DNA of 54,892 nt from positions 1 through 54,892 of the forward strand of contig JABANN010000191.1 of NCBI GenBank assembly GCA_013115125.1. Reading direction: 5' to 3'. Made by a program: the position numbers and the translations under genes. Positions 22,301 to 33,988 of the stretch are shown one piece after another. The stretch comes from Perkinsus olseni (lineage: Eukaryota). How positions within the stretch are numbered: position 1 is the stretch's first letter; every line of letters begins with the position of its first letter. The notes below the pieces were generated by a model. That model had not been told where the DNA came from. It did no database searches and worked only from the letters and a program-made list of their open reading frames with translations.

Positions 22301-25300
22301 GGCCACTCCTAGGCTCTCCAGCCGTACCGCGCGGAGTATTGGACCAACCTGACCGTCCAAGAATCGAGTGCCACCTTCCGATCCCCTTCCGTCCTCTCCA
22401 ATGGGCTGAGAACCTCAGATAATGCTGCTATGTCAAGTATATGTAGATCTCTAACGTCTTGTTTAGCAGCGTTTGCCCAATCCTGCTGGTACTTGAAGTC
22501 ATTATCGATCTAGCAGATGCAGCATCTGTGAGCCGACCGTTAGGCGCCGACCCTGAGATGCGGATTTGCGGCTAACCGTCGACGGGGCTGAGAATCGCTG
22601 ATGGATGTCAAGGTCCTCGAATCGAAGACTTCGTCATAATGTAGGCTCCTATGCTCCACCGTAATCGCCGACCCTGCAGGTCCATCGGTATGAAATACTT
22701 CAATAAGATTATACTGCCATCAGCTGATGCAAGCCAAGTGCGAAACTGCTCGGTGAAAATTTATGGCTTCAAGCGGCTTTGATCAAGCTCTTAGATCGAC
22801 TGCCGAGGAGAAACTCATTCTCGAGCAGGATCATCTCACCTCACGAGAACTGCCTGCATCACAGCAGCAGCAACCCTCTGAACCTGGCCACGCAGATCGA
22901 CACCATCCTGGTCCTTCGAGGCCGCCACTTCACCTGAGATTTTGCTATTATACGGCTCGATAGTAACAATGCTCTTACCATCATCAGGTGTATAGTATTG
23001 AGTAAGCTGTTGATCCAACCACTGCAATCCTCGAGCTACTTCAACAGCAGCACCCATCAGCTCACTCCACAGCGTCAGCAGCTGCTCTGAATTCAACTGG
23101 CCCAGGGCTCTCTCCAGCCGCCCAGTGGTGGAGCGTCGAGAAGTGGCAGGCTCTGAGCAACACAACCATCACCCTATACCCGCATAGCAATCAACAGCTA
23201 CTCAAGTCTCCTGCCCCGTCTGTCGTCGTGCCGCCCCCACCGCGGGCATCCTCCGAGCTCGATACCCCATTCACCGCGGCTCGACCTAAGATACGATAAC
23301 TCAATAACTTCTGCGCTACAGGAGTCCTGGCCTTACTCTCCTGGATGAGCCTGGCTGAGCTCAGTTGCGCTATTTTCTTCACCAGTCGCCGTGCCCTCGT
23401 CAACAGGGTATCACGCAGGTCAGTCTGGATAGTCGAAGACAGCAGATGGCGCCTGATTCAATGACAAGGTCGGGAGACGGCTCAGGAGTGCCAAGGGAAT
23501 CCCATGACGATCAGATTGACAGACGATAACTGGGCCACTGAGTTCAGGATGCTGCTGTGATATTCAGTTAACCGGGTTATAAGTATTCCAAAGGCATCAT
23601 CGACAAGAACATTCACGCGGGCAGGTCTAGGGTGTCAGGAAGCCTATCAATATAGAGGTCACGCTACTCCCTCGTCATCACCTGCTCATCGCCTGCAACA
23701 CTTTTTCCCGACTCAGCCTATCCGCAAGGTTCTGCCGGGCCTCGAGGATGGTAATTTTGGAGGAGTCAAGGACGACAACAACACCAGCGCTACAAACATC
23801 GATGAACTCGGACTCGATGTTCTTGTCAATAACCTGATTAACTCAAGGATACGACAAATCGATCAGGCGATCGATTATACTTTGATATTATCGTCTAGCG
23901 ATTTCCGTATGCTCCTCACTGCTGCTATACCTCCCAACTCATCTTGTAGTAGTCGACGGACCTGACACAGAGCGAGTGATGATTCGACGACAAAACCACG
24001 GGGGCGGCAGCCGGCGTAGAACAGCAACGCCACCGAGAAGATGAGGAGGAACCCTATCAATACTGCTGATTCAATAGAGCGACATCTTCGGACCTCCTCG
24101 TAGGGAGGGATACCATAACACTCTAGAAGCTGGCATACTAATGATCAGCCGCCCTTACCTTTTCTATCAAGTCAAGTGCATCCAAGAACTCCCCGTTCTG
24201 AATGACTCCACTGAGATTAGTGTACACCTCTTCCACTGTACGCATGCCCATCAACAGCCGACATATCTACACAGCGGATGACGATACAGTAAGTTGGTGA
24301 TACGATTGTGATGCTGAGGGATGCAGCAGAGTCCAGTCAATGGTCGGAGGCGAGTGGGAGAACAAGCTCGACTGTAATACCACCCAGTCCGTACCAGTGT
24401 CGAAAGCAAACAAGATATCACTGATCACCACTTATGCGCAACCTATTGAGCTCATCAAGCCCAGTTACTATAATGAACAATTACGCGGGTTACTCGCGAT
24501 CATTTCATGCAGCAGTTGCTCGCTCTCCCACCCACATACAGTATTTACATCACACCTCCAATACCACACCAATGCGAATGCATATAACTATTCACGAAGA
24601 CTCTACTTCAGCTACTCACAAACTATACGAATAAGATACCACATAATAAAAGTAGCGATAACAAAGCCCATAGTGGATCCTTCTGCTTATTCGTATCTTA
24701 CTTTGTTCAACCTGGCTCTCCTCCGCAGGCACCGAGCCAGTTGGAAATCAGGCTGAAGGCATCCCGACTGCAACTCCTTGACAGATCCCCGACATGTTCC
24801 GACAGTCGATCGGGCCTGTTACAGTCGACTAGCATCACCATCAATCACCACCGAGCCCTCTACCTGCACTATGTCCACCTGAATGCTGCCTAGGTCCTTT
24901 AGTGAACCCAACAGCTCATCGAAATTACTCAACTTCGATGCGAGGTGAACCTGCCCGGTACAATGAGGAAAGGAGAGCCCCCCATACATACCTCGACAGT
25001 ATCTAGTTGCTGGGCCAGTTGAGTGTTTAACTCGTCCTGCTTTGTCATCAACGACCGCAAGGATCGACCTGAACGAACACTGGGTGAGAAGCCAGACTGG
25101 AGAACAATAAACGCGATGGCGTTTGAAGGTAACAACGGCCGACTTCTCATGTTGCTCTTGAAGACGACAAAGTTGCCATGGAGTAAACGTGCACGATAGC
25201 TGTTAATAGTCGCGTGCAGGGGAGATTCAACGATGAGACACATGAGATAAAACTACCATCGTCCCCAACAGTGGTACCGTCGTGAGATAATCGATCCAAT

Positions 25301-25894
25301 GATCGATTGATCGTAGAACTACTCTGCTGCAAATGACTGACCTTTGCTTGAGTACGATCAACGCTCCGATCCAACCTTACCAGCAAACACTGAGGACTGG
25401 GCGATATCATAGTCGTCGTGGAAGTAGACATCGGGGACTCCCTTCAAGTGCACTCCACCAGATGATGACGAGGATGAAGAGGAGGAGGACCTCCTTTTCT
25501 GCCCGGGGAAATCATGAGCCCCCTCCTCCTTCTTGGTCGTGGTTCCCGTGAAACCCGGAGCCAGCGTGCTCAGGTACCTTCAACATCGAGCGATAATAAA
25601 GTGTTAATTTGATATACTTTACTGGTCAAAACTAACGCCCTCAGTAGGCTCCAATGGAGGTAGCATAGCCAAGGCTTCTGATGGCGGGAGGTCCAGCAAT
25701 GGTCTGATCATCTGACTGGACTCGGCCGACAGAGTGCCGCTAGCTGTGGCGTATGCTGCCGGGGTGGGGGCGGAGTAGAGGCCTGTGGGGCAGGGAGAGA
25801 GCGTGAGCGGAATATGACCGAGTGAAAAAGTTGCCGACACACGATGTGAGTAGGGTACGGAAGGGGCATTACTGAGCAAGGTAGCCAATCTCAT
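19371..25894 (-). CDS. VPS54: GARP complex subunit VPS54, multi-exon, interrupted by a ~1.7 kb insert/large intron
   Basis: N-terminal motifs LKGVPDVYFHDDYDI and DELNTQLAQQLDTVEVHL..LGSLKDL; central QQAKLAVEEIHQ|..LLLEREKWERTDVP; C-terminal Vps54 domain FLVVPAGLGILELMAVY...KTVTATNLALTYQ...EHKGNLMRKLGDIL. Stop at 19371. Confidence 0.85.
21048..22777 (-). mobile_element. ~1.73 kb insertion in VPS54 (decayed element or retro-copy; possibly removed as a GC-AG intron)
   Basis: The VPS54 frame hits TGA just inside this segment and resumes at LMRASSS after it. The ends are GC..AG with degenerate inverted similarity, and the interior has broken ORFs unrelated to VPS54. Confidence 0.45.
22260..22276 (-). 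other. Spliced-leader relic-like sequence
   Basis: AGCCATCTTGGCTgAAG matches 16/17 nt of the 3' part of the Perkinsus-type SL (ACCGTAGCCATCTTGGCTCAAG, from memory). An ATG lies 45 nt downstream at 22214. Confidence 0.5.
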
Positions 25895-26029
25895 CACGAC
25901 TACTACTACTATGATTAACTTTCAGTCAAACCGCTAACTGCCCCCATTTATTCATAAAATCGGTGATTATTGAGACAATATCTCATCCACAATTATTAAT
26001 GAGTCAACGTCAGCGAACCGTCCGACCGT

Positions 26030-26925
26030 CTAGAAGCCTATGACCCATCCGAGACCATCCCAACCATCCCCGGTGTTATTATTACTAGCCTGCCCAGCTT
26101 GTCCGGCTGCTACTGACTTCCCTGATGCTCCCAAAACAGCCAGTAGATTACCACCGATGGACTGAGTTCCCAAGGCTGCCTCGCTGCCTCCTCCTTCCGG
26201 GGCTATCTGAAGACATAACAGACAATGTTTCATGACAACGATCTCATGACGAAGATGAGCAAGGAAAGGTAAAGGGCTCCTGACCTCGATGTCCGTCGGG
26301 GCGTTGACTAGAGATGAGAGTGACTGTGTACATCGAAGCTCCTCCAACAGAGCTGAGAAATCTGAAAGGAACGGGTGTCGGGGCGGTGATGGACGACAAG
26401 AGATGGGCGATACTGCACCAACAACAACAGCAGCAGCAGCAGCCCTCTGTTTAAGAGACACCAAAGCCGCGAGAATGAATTCGAAATAAGAATTTTACAG
26501 TGGAAGCTCGGGAGCATTGACTGAGATGTAAACACGCTATACTGGACCTCACCCAAGATGGTTCGAGAAATGCTGTTTCTCATAATGATAATCACATAAT
26601 GATACAGGAGATATCTTCGACACGCGTGCCGAAGTCCGATGAGGTCAACTTCGAAAACGCCAGTAGCTCGAGTATAAGATTCCTTTTCTACGTACAGCAT
26701 TTCGATGAAACGGTTGTTGATCGATATGTTGATCGTATAACCTGGATTAGCCTCAGCCGTAGCAGCCTCCGCTCCGTCGCTCTTTGATCCCGACGATCGT
26801 CGACTGGTCACTCCAGGGAGCTTCTTCCTTCTAGGAGGAGGCGGTGGTGGCGGCGGCTTCACACGGCGTTTACCGTCACGCGCCACGAAATTAGGCTGCT
26901 GGCCTGGTTCGGGTTCAGAGGACAT
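26030..26925 (-). CDS. Hypothetical protein, multi-exon, proline-rich N-terminus
   Basis: MSSEPEPGQQPNF...PPPPPPPP, PFLSDFSALLEELRC..PTDIE|IAPEGGG...WVIGF* joined by GT-AG introns. No family recognised. Confidence 0.5.
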
Positions 26926-27078
26926 TGGACGACTCAGGGAGCATTGAAAAACTAACGCTCTATTCCAACCAACTCACCCTCTTCTCGATTACCACACTAG
27001 GCCAACGCAAAGTAACACAGTACAAATGAATGTAAGTCTTTCTTATGATTTCCCAAAGGTGTGGTATGATGATAATGA

Positions 27079-28830
27079 TCACTCCTGTGCAGCGACCCTC
27101 GCTGTAGCCTGGATGTCCGCGTTACTGTATACAGTCGGCTTGGTACCCTCCTCCTCAGCCTGGTGCGTGGCATCGAACACCATAGCCCTCGCTACATCAC
27201 GGGCGTCCACACGATACTTGGGCGGCGTCTGAAGAAGGAGAGGAGAGATGAGGTCATCATACATCCTGGCGCATCATGAGGTCGAAAGATTCCCTTCGGT
27301 GGTGGGTGGATAACTATTATCGTCACAACGCCAAGAATACAGCACCGAAGGCCAACGACCGCAACAGACGATATACGGTGATCTAATGAATGGTGACACG
27401 AACCACGTATGAGTCGACAACTGATGCTCTCAGAATGTAAATCACGTCAGGTGATTTATAATAGCTACCACCCCTCCGCGAAGCCTGCCTAAACTCGATA
27501 CCCCCCCCCCCCTCACCATCGGTAGGAATATCTTTTCCTTCGTCCGTTGTTTATCCTGTCTGAGTAGCATCGCCGGTCGGAAGATGGACAGACGATCGAA
27601 CTTCATCCCCTCGAAGGCCTCTTCTCTTCTGCCGATCGTTTTCGAATATCCGATCATGGAGTTGGGGTCAGCTCCGCCAGCGGATACCTACCAGGAATCT
27701 TAGCTTCAACCTGTACTTCCACAGAAAATAAGATTCTGATTGCATTTACCCAACGCTCAGTCGGGCTCAAATCCATCCGACCCCAGTCTGTCTCGTGGTG
27801 TATTGATAATGACCAGTCGATGGGTATTAGAGCAGGTGGAAGCACGTAAGTGTCAACAGTGACCTCCTCAGGGACAACAAGATGCAAACGAGCGAGACGT
27901 TTCCACTTGGCCGTACTAAGCCACGCCCAACTGATGATGATGATGATGACAATCATCACTTACGATACTTCGAGACGGTTGACTATTATAACGACAACGT
28001 GAGTGGTTGGAGTCCCCAACTTTGGAAACGCCAGTAGCCTACTCATTACTGCTATCGGCTGCTATGTAAGTATTCACATCACCACTGTTATAAAGCTACT
28101 ATCCCCCCTCCTGCCCCTGCAGCCTGCCCGCCCAAAGCCCGCCTTATTACCAGGGACATGCCAACAGATTGATCAGCTTTCTTGCAAGCATGGGCGAAGG
28201 CAGTGGGAGCTAGATAGTCTGACTCCTCGGTGTAGGGGGCCGATCCAAGGCAGCAGAAGGCGATGCAGCTCTCCCCGTTGGCAGCAGACTTTATCTGAGA
28301 AATCGCTCTGGAATCTTGAGGTTGAGCATGAATATTATGATGTCGAAAGATACGCCAAACCTACTGTCTCTAACGCACGTTCAGGGAGCGACACATCTTC
28401 GGGCTTCTCAGCCATCTTCTTCCAATCAGCTGGAGCGACGACCAGCTTGGAGTATCCCTCCTCAGACTTCACTTGCTGGAATACGCTTTTTGCATCAGAA
28501 ATATCATTCCTAGTCACCGCCACGACCTGCCAAAAGAATGAGGTTGGCGAGCGGTGTAGTGCAATAGAATATTTCCACTGTTCATTTGTGTTGCACACGA
28601 AACACAGAGTTAACACAAACATCGGGCGAGGTTCACGTATGCCGTATGAGGAGGGGTCAAGGGCCCGTCGTACCCAGCCCCGATGGAGATCATTATTACC
28701 TTGGTAACCACATTAGAGTTGAGCAACTCACTGACGACCCAACGCCCTGTGGCTCCAGTAGCTCCAGCTACCACGGCGACGCGAGAATTGGTGGGCACTG
28801 AGGATGATGGGAAGAAATACGAGCGGCCGA
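27079..28830 (-). CDS. TIP30/HTATIP2-like NAD(P)-binding oxidoreductase, multi-exon (start uncertain)
   Basis: AVVAGATGATGRWVV Rossmann motif, VVAVTR, IAFCCLGS, YSKTIGRREE..FDRLSIFRPAMLLR, VDARDVARAM, VYSNADI. Confidence 0.85.
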
Positions 28831-29244
28831 TGGGTGCGATAGTGAGTTGCAGTACAGAGTAAGTTCGAGTGCGGAGAGACGCCCTTCGCAGTAGCTTAGC
28901 TGCTGATGACGTTGGGTTCGTATCGAATCTTGCTCCTGGAGGTCCCAAGTAATGTTTCTACTCAGCCAGAGCGAAATGAATAGTACTTCATGCATTTCTA
29001 ATCATCGGCGCTAGAGGGGCATCCGCTTATTCAGTTTACTATTTCCACGTTAGAGGAGCCCTCCATTCCTTATGCATACGAATCAATTCCGGCTTTATTA
29101 CAGGAGGCGGAGGCTGCCCTGGCCTCTGACAGGGGAGTTGAAGTAGCAGCACCCATTAACAAATTATTTAAATCTGATGAACCGCTGTGAGTTGAGTTCA
29201 ACTCAAGCAAGTAATAAACTGCCTCGTAGTGGATATGCAAAAAT

Positions 29245-29317
29245 TACCCCACCCGGGGATCGAACCCGGAATCTCCACCTTAGGAGGGTGGCGCCTTATC
29301 CATTGGGCCAGCGGGGC
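29245..29317 (-). tRNA. tRNA-Arg(CCT)
   Basis: GCCCCGC TG GCCCAATGGATAAGGC G CCACC CT CCT AA GGTGG AGATT CCGGG TTCGATC CCCGG GTGGGGT A: full cloverleaf followed by a T-run. Confidence 0.97.
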
Positions 29318-29875
29318 ATTGAAAACGATCGTCAGGAATGGTCCAGTATCGGACCTCGAACTTCATAGGGGACTCGATTGGTGCTAGTCGATTCTGAATG
29401 TTTGAAAGCTCTTAGCGAATTGAGGAGAGGATCCAATAAACTGTCCTCAGGCATCTCGGTGCCAATCGCGGGAGTACTCTCTCATGGACTGCCATCGCTA
29501 AGTGTATCAATTGTTGCACAAAACCTTCTAGCTTCTGCGGGCCCCTCCCTCTTTGGCGAGGGAGCTAAGGACCTTGTAGCACGACATGAAGCGGCAGCTC
29601 GTAAGGAAAGGCATGGATAAGGAGGCCCCTTCTGAGGGGCGCCGTAGTGGCAGGGGAAAGTTGAGAATCGACTATCTTCTTCCCACAAAGAGGAGGAGGG
29701 ACAGCCTTCCCCCACCCGCCTATCGTATCCGGGCTAGCGCTAGCGTTTTAGCAATCTTGATGCTTTTATTTTGGGCTTTTTTCTCCCCCATTGGGGGAGT
29801 CCATCTCGGTTGTGACTGTTGGCTATGATTATCATAATCAGTTAATGCATTGTTTATTGTTGCCACTCTGTTTAA

Positions 29876-31126
29876 ATGGCTATTTCTTACACGCAGCAGA
29901 GGACCAACGTCCCGGCACCGGTAGCACAGTTACCATCCCTTCTTGGCCGCGGCGACCAGCAGTCGTCTACCGCTGCGATGATGATGCCCCCTCCTTCTGA
30001 TCTACTCCTTCGACTATGGTCTGTGATCCAGCGCTTGGAAGACGAGGTTAACGTAGAACGAGAAAGGAACAATGTCCTCACGACGCAAGTGGACAACTTG
30101 GCGGACCGCCTCGCTGCCTCCAACACTTTGCTGGCTACCCTCAGTGGCATTCCACCACCACCACCCACCGCCGATGCTCCCGTCACCGCATTCCCTTCGA
30201 CTTCCTTCGGCGCAGATTCTCACGTCCCTGTCGTTGCGGCTGCCCACGAGGAGTCCTCTCGACCCAGTTATCGTTCGGTTGTCACTGGCAGCGGTCCCCA
30301 TCTACAGCATCTTGCTGCTAGGGGCGTGTCCTCTCCTTCTTCTTCTGACGTGTCCCCTGACCACCACCATGAAGCCCCTCTGGTTGATACTAACTTCCCC
30401 GACCACGGTGTACCTTTATGGCACGTGCTCAGATCACTGAGTAACGTCGACGAGAAGAGAGTCTTTACTGTGCGGAAAATCCAGAAGCTTGGCTTCGAGT
30501 CCCCACCAAAGCTGAGAGAGTATTTCTCAATGTGGGGTAAGGTTACTAATATTTTGGTATTGCATCGCCAGGCTCGGACGGCGTCGACCAGCGGTGGTGA
30601 CAGTAACAACGACAAGAACGTCCGAGTGAGGCCACCGAGTGTTGGCTTCGTCGTGATGGAGGACCCTGACGTCGTCAGCAGGATACTGTCCACGCCAAAG
30701 CACACTATATGCGGCCATTCCTGTGAGGTACAGGTCTTCGAGCGGAAGCACAGGCATTCGACTGGCAGCAGCAGCAGCAATGGGGGAGGTGAGTCCTTCT
30801 CAACACTGGAGACCAGCACGATAACGTCCCCAACAAGCCCGGGGAGTTCCCCAGCGTCTGGTATGAGTAATAAGTCCGATAAAGATGATGAGCTGCCGTC
30901 CTTTATGCGGGAGCTGAGGAGTGGTTCTATGGCGATGGGCAACCTCTTTGCCGCCTCTGAGAAGAAGACAGAAGAAGAACGATCGTCCCCGGCAAGAGCA
31001 TACTCTACGACGGTCTTTGACGATGCCAATCGCTTGGTAAGTGCCTCTGCCTTCTCAGCCTCCGCTAGCGGTAGTAGACGTTTTACAACGTGTTCGTTGG
31101 ACCCGGCACCTAGGACCCTTTGGTAG
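29876..31126 (+). CDS. RRM-domain RNA-binding protein, intronless
   Basis: 416-aa ORF with RVFTVRKIQKLGFES...LREYFSMWGKV...RVRPPSVGFVVMED...HTICGHSCEVQVF, an N-terminal coiled coil and Ser-rich regions. Confidence 0.85.
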   Translation: MAISYTQQRTNVPAPVAQLPSLLGRGDQQSSTAAMMMPPPSDLLLRLWSVIQRLEDEVNVERERNNVLTTQVDNLADRLAASNTLLATLSGIPPPPPTADAPVTAFPSTSFGADSHVPVVAAAHEESSRPSYRSVVTGSGPHLQHLAARGVSSPSSSDVSPDHHHEAPLVDTNFPDHGVPLWHVLRSLSNVDEKRVFTVRKIQKLGFESPPKLREYFSMWGKVTNILVLHRQARTASTSGGDSNNDKNVRVRPPSVGFVVMEDPDVVSRILSTPKHTICGHSCEVQVFERKHRHSTGSSSSNGGGESFSTLETSTITSPTSPGSSPASGMSNKSDKDDELPSFMRELRSGSMAMGNLFAASEKKTEEERSSPARAYSTTVFDDANRLVSASAFSASASGSRRFTTCSLDPAPRTLW

Positions 31127-31669
31127 TGATGATGGCGGCGGTAATAATACCGTGGTATAGTTTTATAAAGGTCCATGTGTATCTTACATGTCTTACGCCT
31201 CTACTATGATCATTGTCTCCTTGTCTTCTCTCTGCTGCTACCCTCGTTGTTTACTACTCTTGTCTATCACCATCTGCTGCTTCCTTTGCATCACCAGCAG
31301 CAGCAGCAGCAGCCGTCTAAGAATTGTGGCTGCCAATCAATGCAGTCCCCCTATCTTTATAGTAACAGTCTCCTGCTCCTCCTCCTCCTGCTACTCCCCC
31401 CAGCTGCGAGTCGTCGTGGAACATGGGTTCAACAGCTGCTCTGGGTAGTAGTAGTAGTAGCAGACTAAGTAAATTTCTATTAACATCGTTATTACGATCT
31501 TCATCGTTGTCACTACTATTATTTCCGTGGTCGTGTTCCCGGTTGTTATTGTAGTAGTGGATAACTCTGCCGTATGATTATCGTAATAGTATTATCATAA
31601 TCGTTGTTGCAGTAGCGACGGCATCGATGGTGGGCGTGTTCCTGCTTTCTGGGCTGATTCCATCGTCAT

Positions 31670-32493
31670 CATCAGGACTTACTGTTCATTGCTCGTCTTA
31701 CTTTGATGATCGTCGACGTCGTCGTCGTCGTTGATGATGGCGACAAGTCTTGGATAATACTGTTGTTGCCTCCTCGTCCTCCTCCGGCTGCTGTTGTTGT
31801 CGAATACTACTACCATCCCTCGTCGCTGTTGTGTACTACTACTGGTGTGACTTTATTATATTTTTTATTTCTTGGGATGAGGTCCAAAAGTTTGGTGGTG
31901 GCAGCATCCTCGGCATCATCATCGTCAGTTCGTGTGAAATCATCATCATAATCAATACGACCGAGGCATCACTAAACTGTTGTCTTTGCTTTGGTGCTCC
32001 GAGTCTTTACGACAACAACAACAATGACGAAGGCGAAGACGACGGCGATTGTTGTTATTATCGTTCGAGTTTCTCGATCCGTGGTTTGGGTGTAGCGTTG
32101 GCAGTCTAAGTTAAGGAGTGGGCGGTGGGAGGATAATGAGCATGTGAGAGATCCTTCTTCTGGGTCAGCAGCATCATCCAGGTAAAATGACGACGTCGGC
32201 TGCAGCTGATGCTGCTGCTGCCCGGACACCGAGGAGGCGGCCAGTGGGGGGAGGAGGGAGGGGTAGTAGGTGGGAGCATTGCAAAGGGAACTGCTAAGCG
32301 CAGCGTGAGTCACGATAACAATACACTGTGTAACGGGAAATGTAAAATGCAAGAATGAGGTCGTTATGCCACCATGTGGGGCGGGCTGTGCTGTTGATGT
32401 GGCAAGTGTGTGAGAACTCCTTCTAGACCCTGTTGTTGTTGCTGTTGCTGCTGCTGCTACGCGGCATAGCGGCATCATTCTTGCATACGCCAT
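31670..32493 (-). CDS. Possible low-complexity hypothetical protein with transit-peptide-like N-terminus
   Basis: ORF 31972-32493 begins MAYARMMPLCRVAAAATATTTGSRRSS. The downstream exon structure is unresolved in microsatellite-rich DNA. Confidence 0.3.
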
Positions 32494-32585
32494 CTTCCAT
32501 CACAAACTGTATACTCATGATGTCAGTGAGAGTAGAGCGGCATTGACAGGGAGTCGCCGTTCGTGTATTTATCGGTTTCCATCAG

Positions 32586-32657
32586 TATGGTTTGGCGTAG
32601 CGGTAGCGAGTCACGTTCGCTATCTTAAAGTCGTGGGTTCAAACTGCGCAGCTCTGT
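32586..32657 (+). pseudogene. Degenerate tRNA-like sequence (A-box plus B-box)
   Basis: A-box TGGCGTAGCGG (32593-32603) and B-box GGTTCAAAC (32636-32644) at tRNA spacing. The stems are only partly paired and no anticodon arm is assignable. Confidence 0.6.
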
Positions 32658-32714
32658 TGGGATCCTATTAATGCGGTATTAATACTAGAAATATTTCATT
32701 CCCGAGAGAATCTG

Positions 32715-33938
32715 AGGTCGACTCCTGCCCCCCCCCATGGGATTCTCGTCTCCTGCCATCAGACCCATCCCCTCTAGTGGTACTATGGCGACTGGCCTAC
32801 GCATTGAAGGGTCTCAGCAGAGAGGCAGCCCTTGATGTTAAACTGAGTGAGGCAGCGAGAGTCGTGATGTCGAGTGAACTGAAGTAAGAGGGGAGGTCAG
32901 TGGTAGTTGGGTAGTTGCCCTTCTGCCCCCCCCCCACCGCTGCTGCTTGGGGTGGAGGGCTCCTCGGGAATCTTATCACTTTTGAAGGCCACTGAATAGA
33001 ATTCATTCGACAGGCTCCTAACCGAATGCCTTGGTCATACCATTCCCCTCCTTGTGTATACCATGGATGGACACAAGGTGTATATTTTTCCCTCACCGAC
33101 CTCTCTNNNNNNNNNNNNNNNNNNNNNNNNNNNNNNNNNNNNNNNNNNNNNNNNNNNNNNNNNNNNNNNNNNNNNNNNNNNNNNNNNNNNNNNNNNNNNN
33201 NTCTCTCGGTATCTTCCGCTCACCGACCTCTCTCGGTATCTTCCGCTCACCGACCTCTCTCGGTATCTTCCGCTCACCGACCTCTCTCGGTATCTTCCGC
33301 TCACCGGCCTCTCTCGGTATCTTACACTCTTCGACCCTGTCTACAGTATCACCCATTTGAGCTCATCTCAGGATCTCCGGTCCCCTCCTATTGGGCTTGT
33401 CTCGTCTACATAAGTTAAAAGTAGAAGTCGTGGAGACCATGGCGGAGGGTCTTATCGGTCGAATGCTGAGGAATCCGACAGCTGCCAACAACTGGTCCGG
33501 TGGGGGCAAGGGAGCGGCCAAATCTTCGAAGAAAAGGGCAAGGTAATCAAAGCTCCTCGGGTATCTTATTCCTCGTTCGCTTCCTCGGGCACTTGTTAAT
33601 TTTCCTAGGGTGTTGATGTTTCACTGTTCAGAGGAGGAGCGCCGCCGCTACCGCCGTCCTTGCCGGCTATCTCGGAGGAGGCAGATGGGTGGTCCGAGGC
33701 AGAGACTATTGACGCACTGCGGGAGGTAATGAGATGTCCTCACTGAGGATCGAACCCGGGACCTTCAGAATGCCCGCTTGCTGTCACCTGCCCTGAAGGC
33801 TATAATGGAGCACATGACACCGTCAAGGTAGATACCCCCTACGTGTCATCCTACCTCATCACCATCATTCAGGGGTGCACCCTCCCCCTTCTCGCAGGGC
33901 AATACTCCTCTGGACGACCTCCTGTCGGCGGTGGTAGC

Positions 33939-33988
<50 letters not shown>

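Noticed and set aside
30268-31176. 302-aa antisense ORF opposite the RRM gene (and similar shadow ORFs at 2943-4666 and 53552-54196)
   Set aside because: These are antisense shadows of GC-rich coding sequence with no independent protein features.
31130-31960. Short ORFs in the CAG/GTA/CAT microsatellite-rich stretch
   Set aside because: They are low-complexity trinucleotide runs in probable UTR/intergenic DNA, with no credible protein on the plus strand.
2212-33323. The 40-, 18- and 27-bp repeat arrays as CRISPR arrays
   Set aside because: They are head-to-tail units with no unique spacers, in a eukaryotic context without cas genes.
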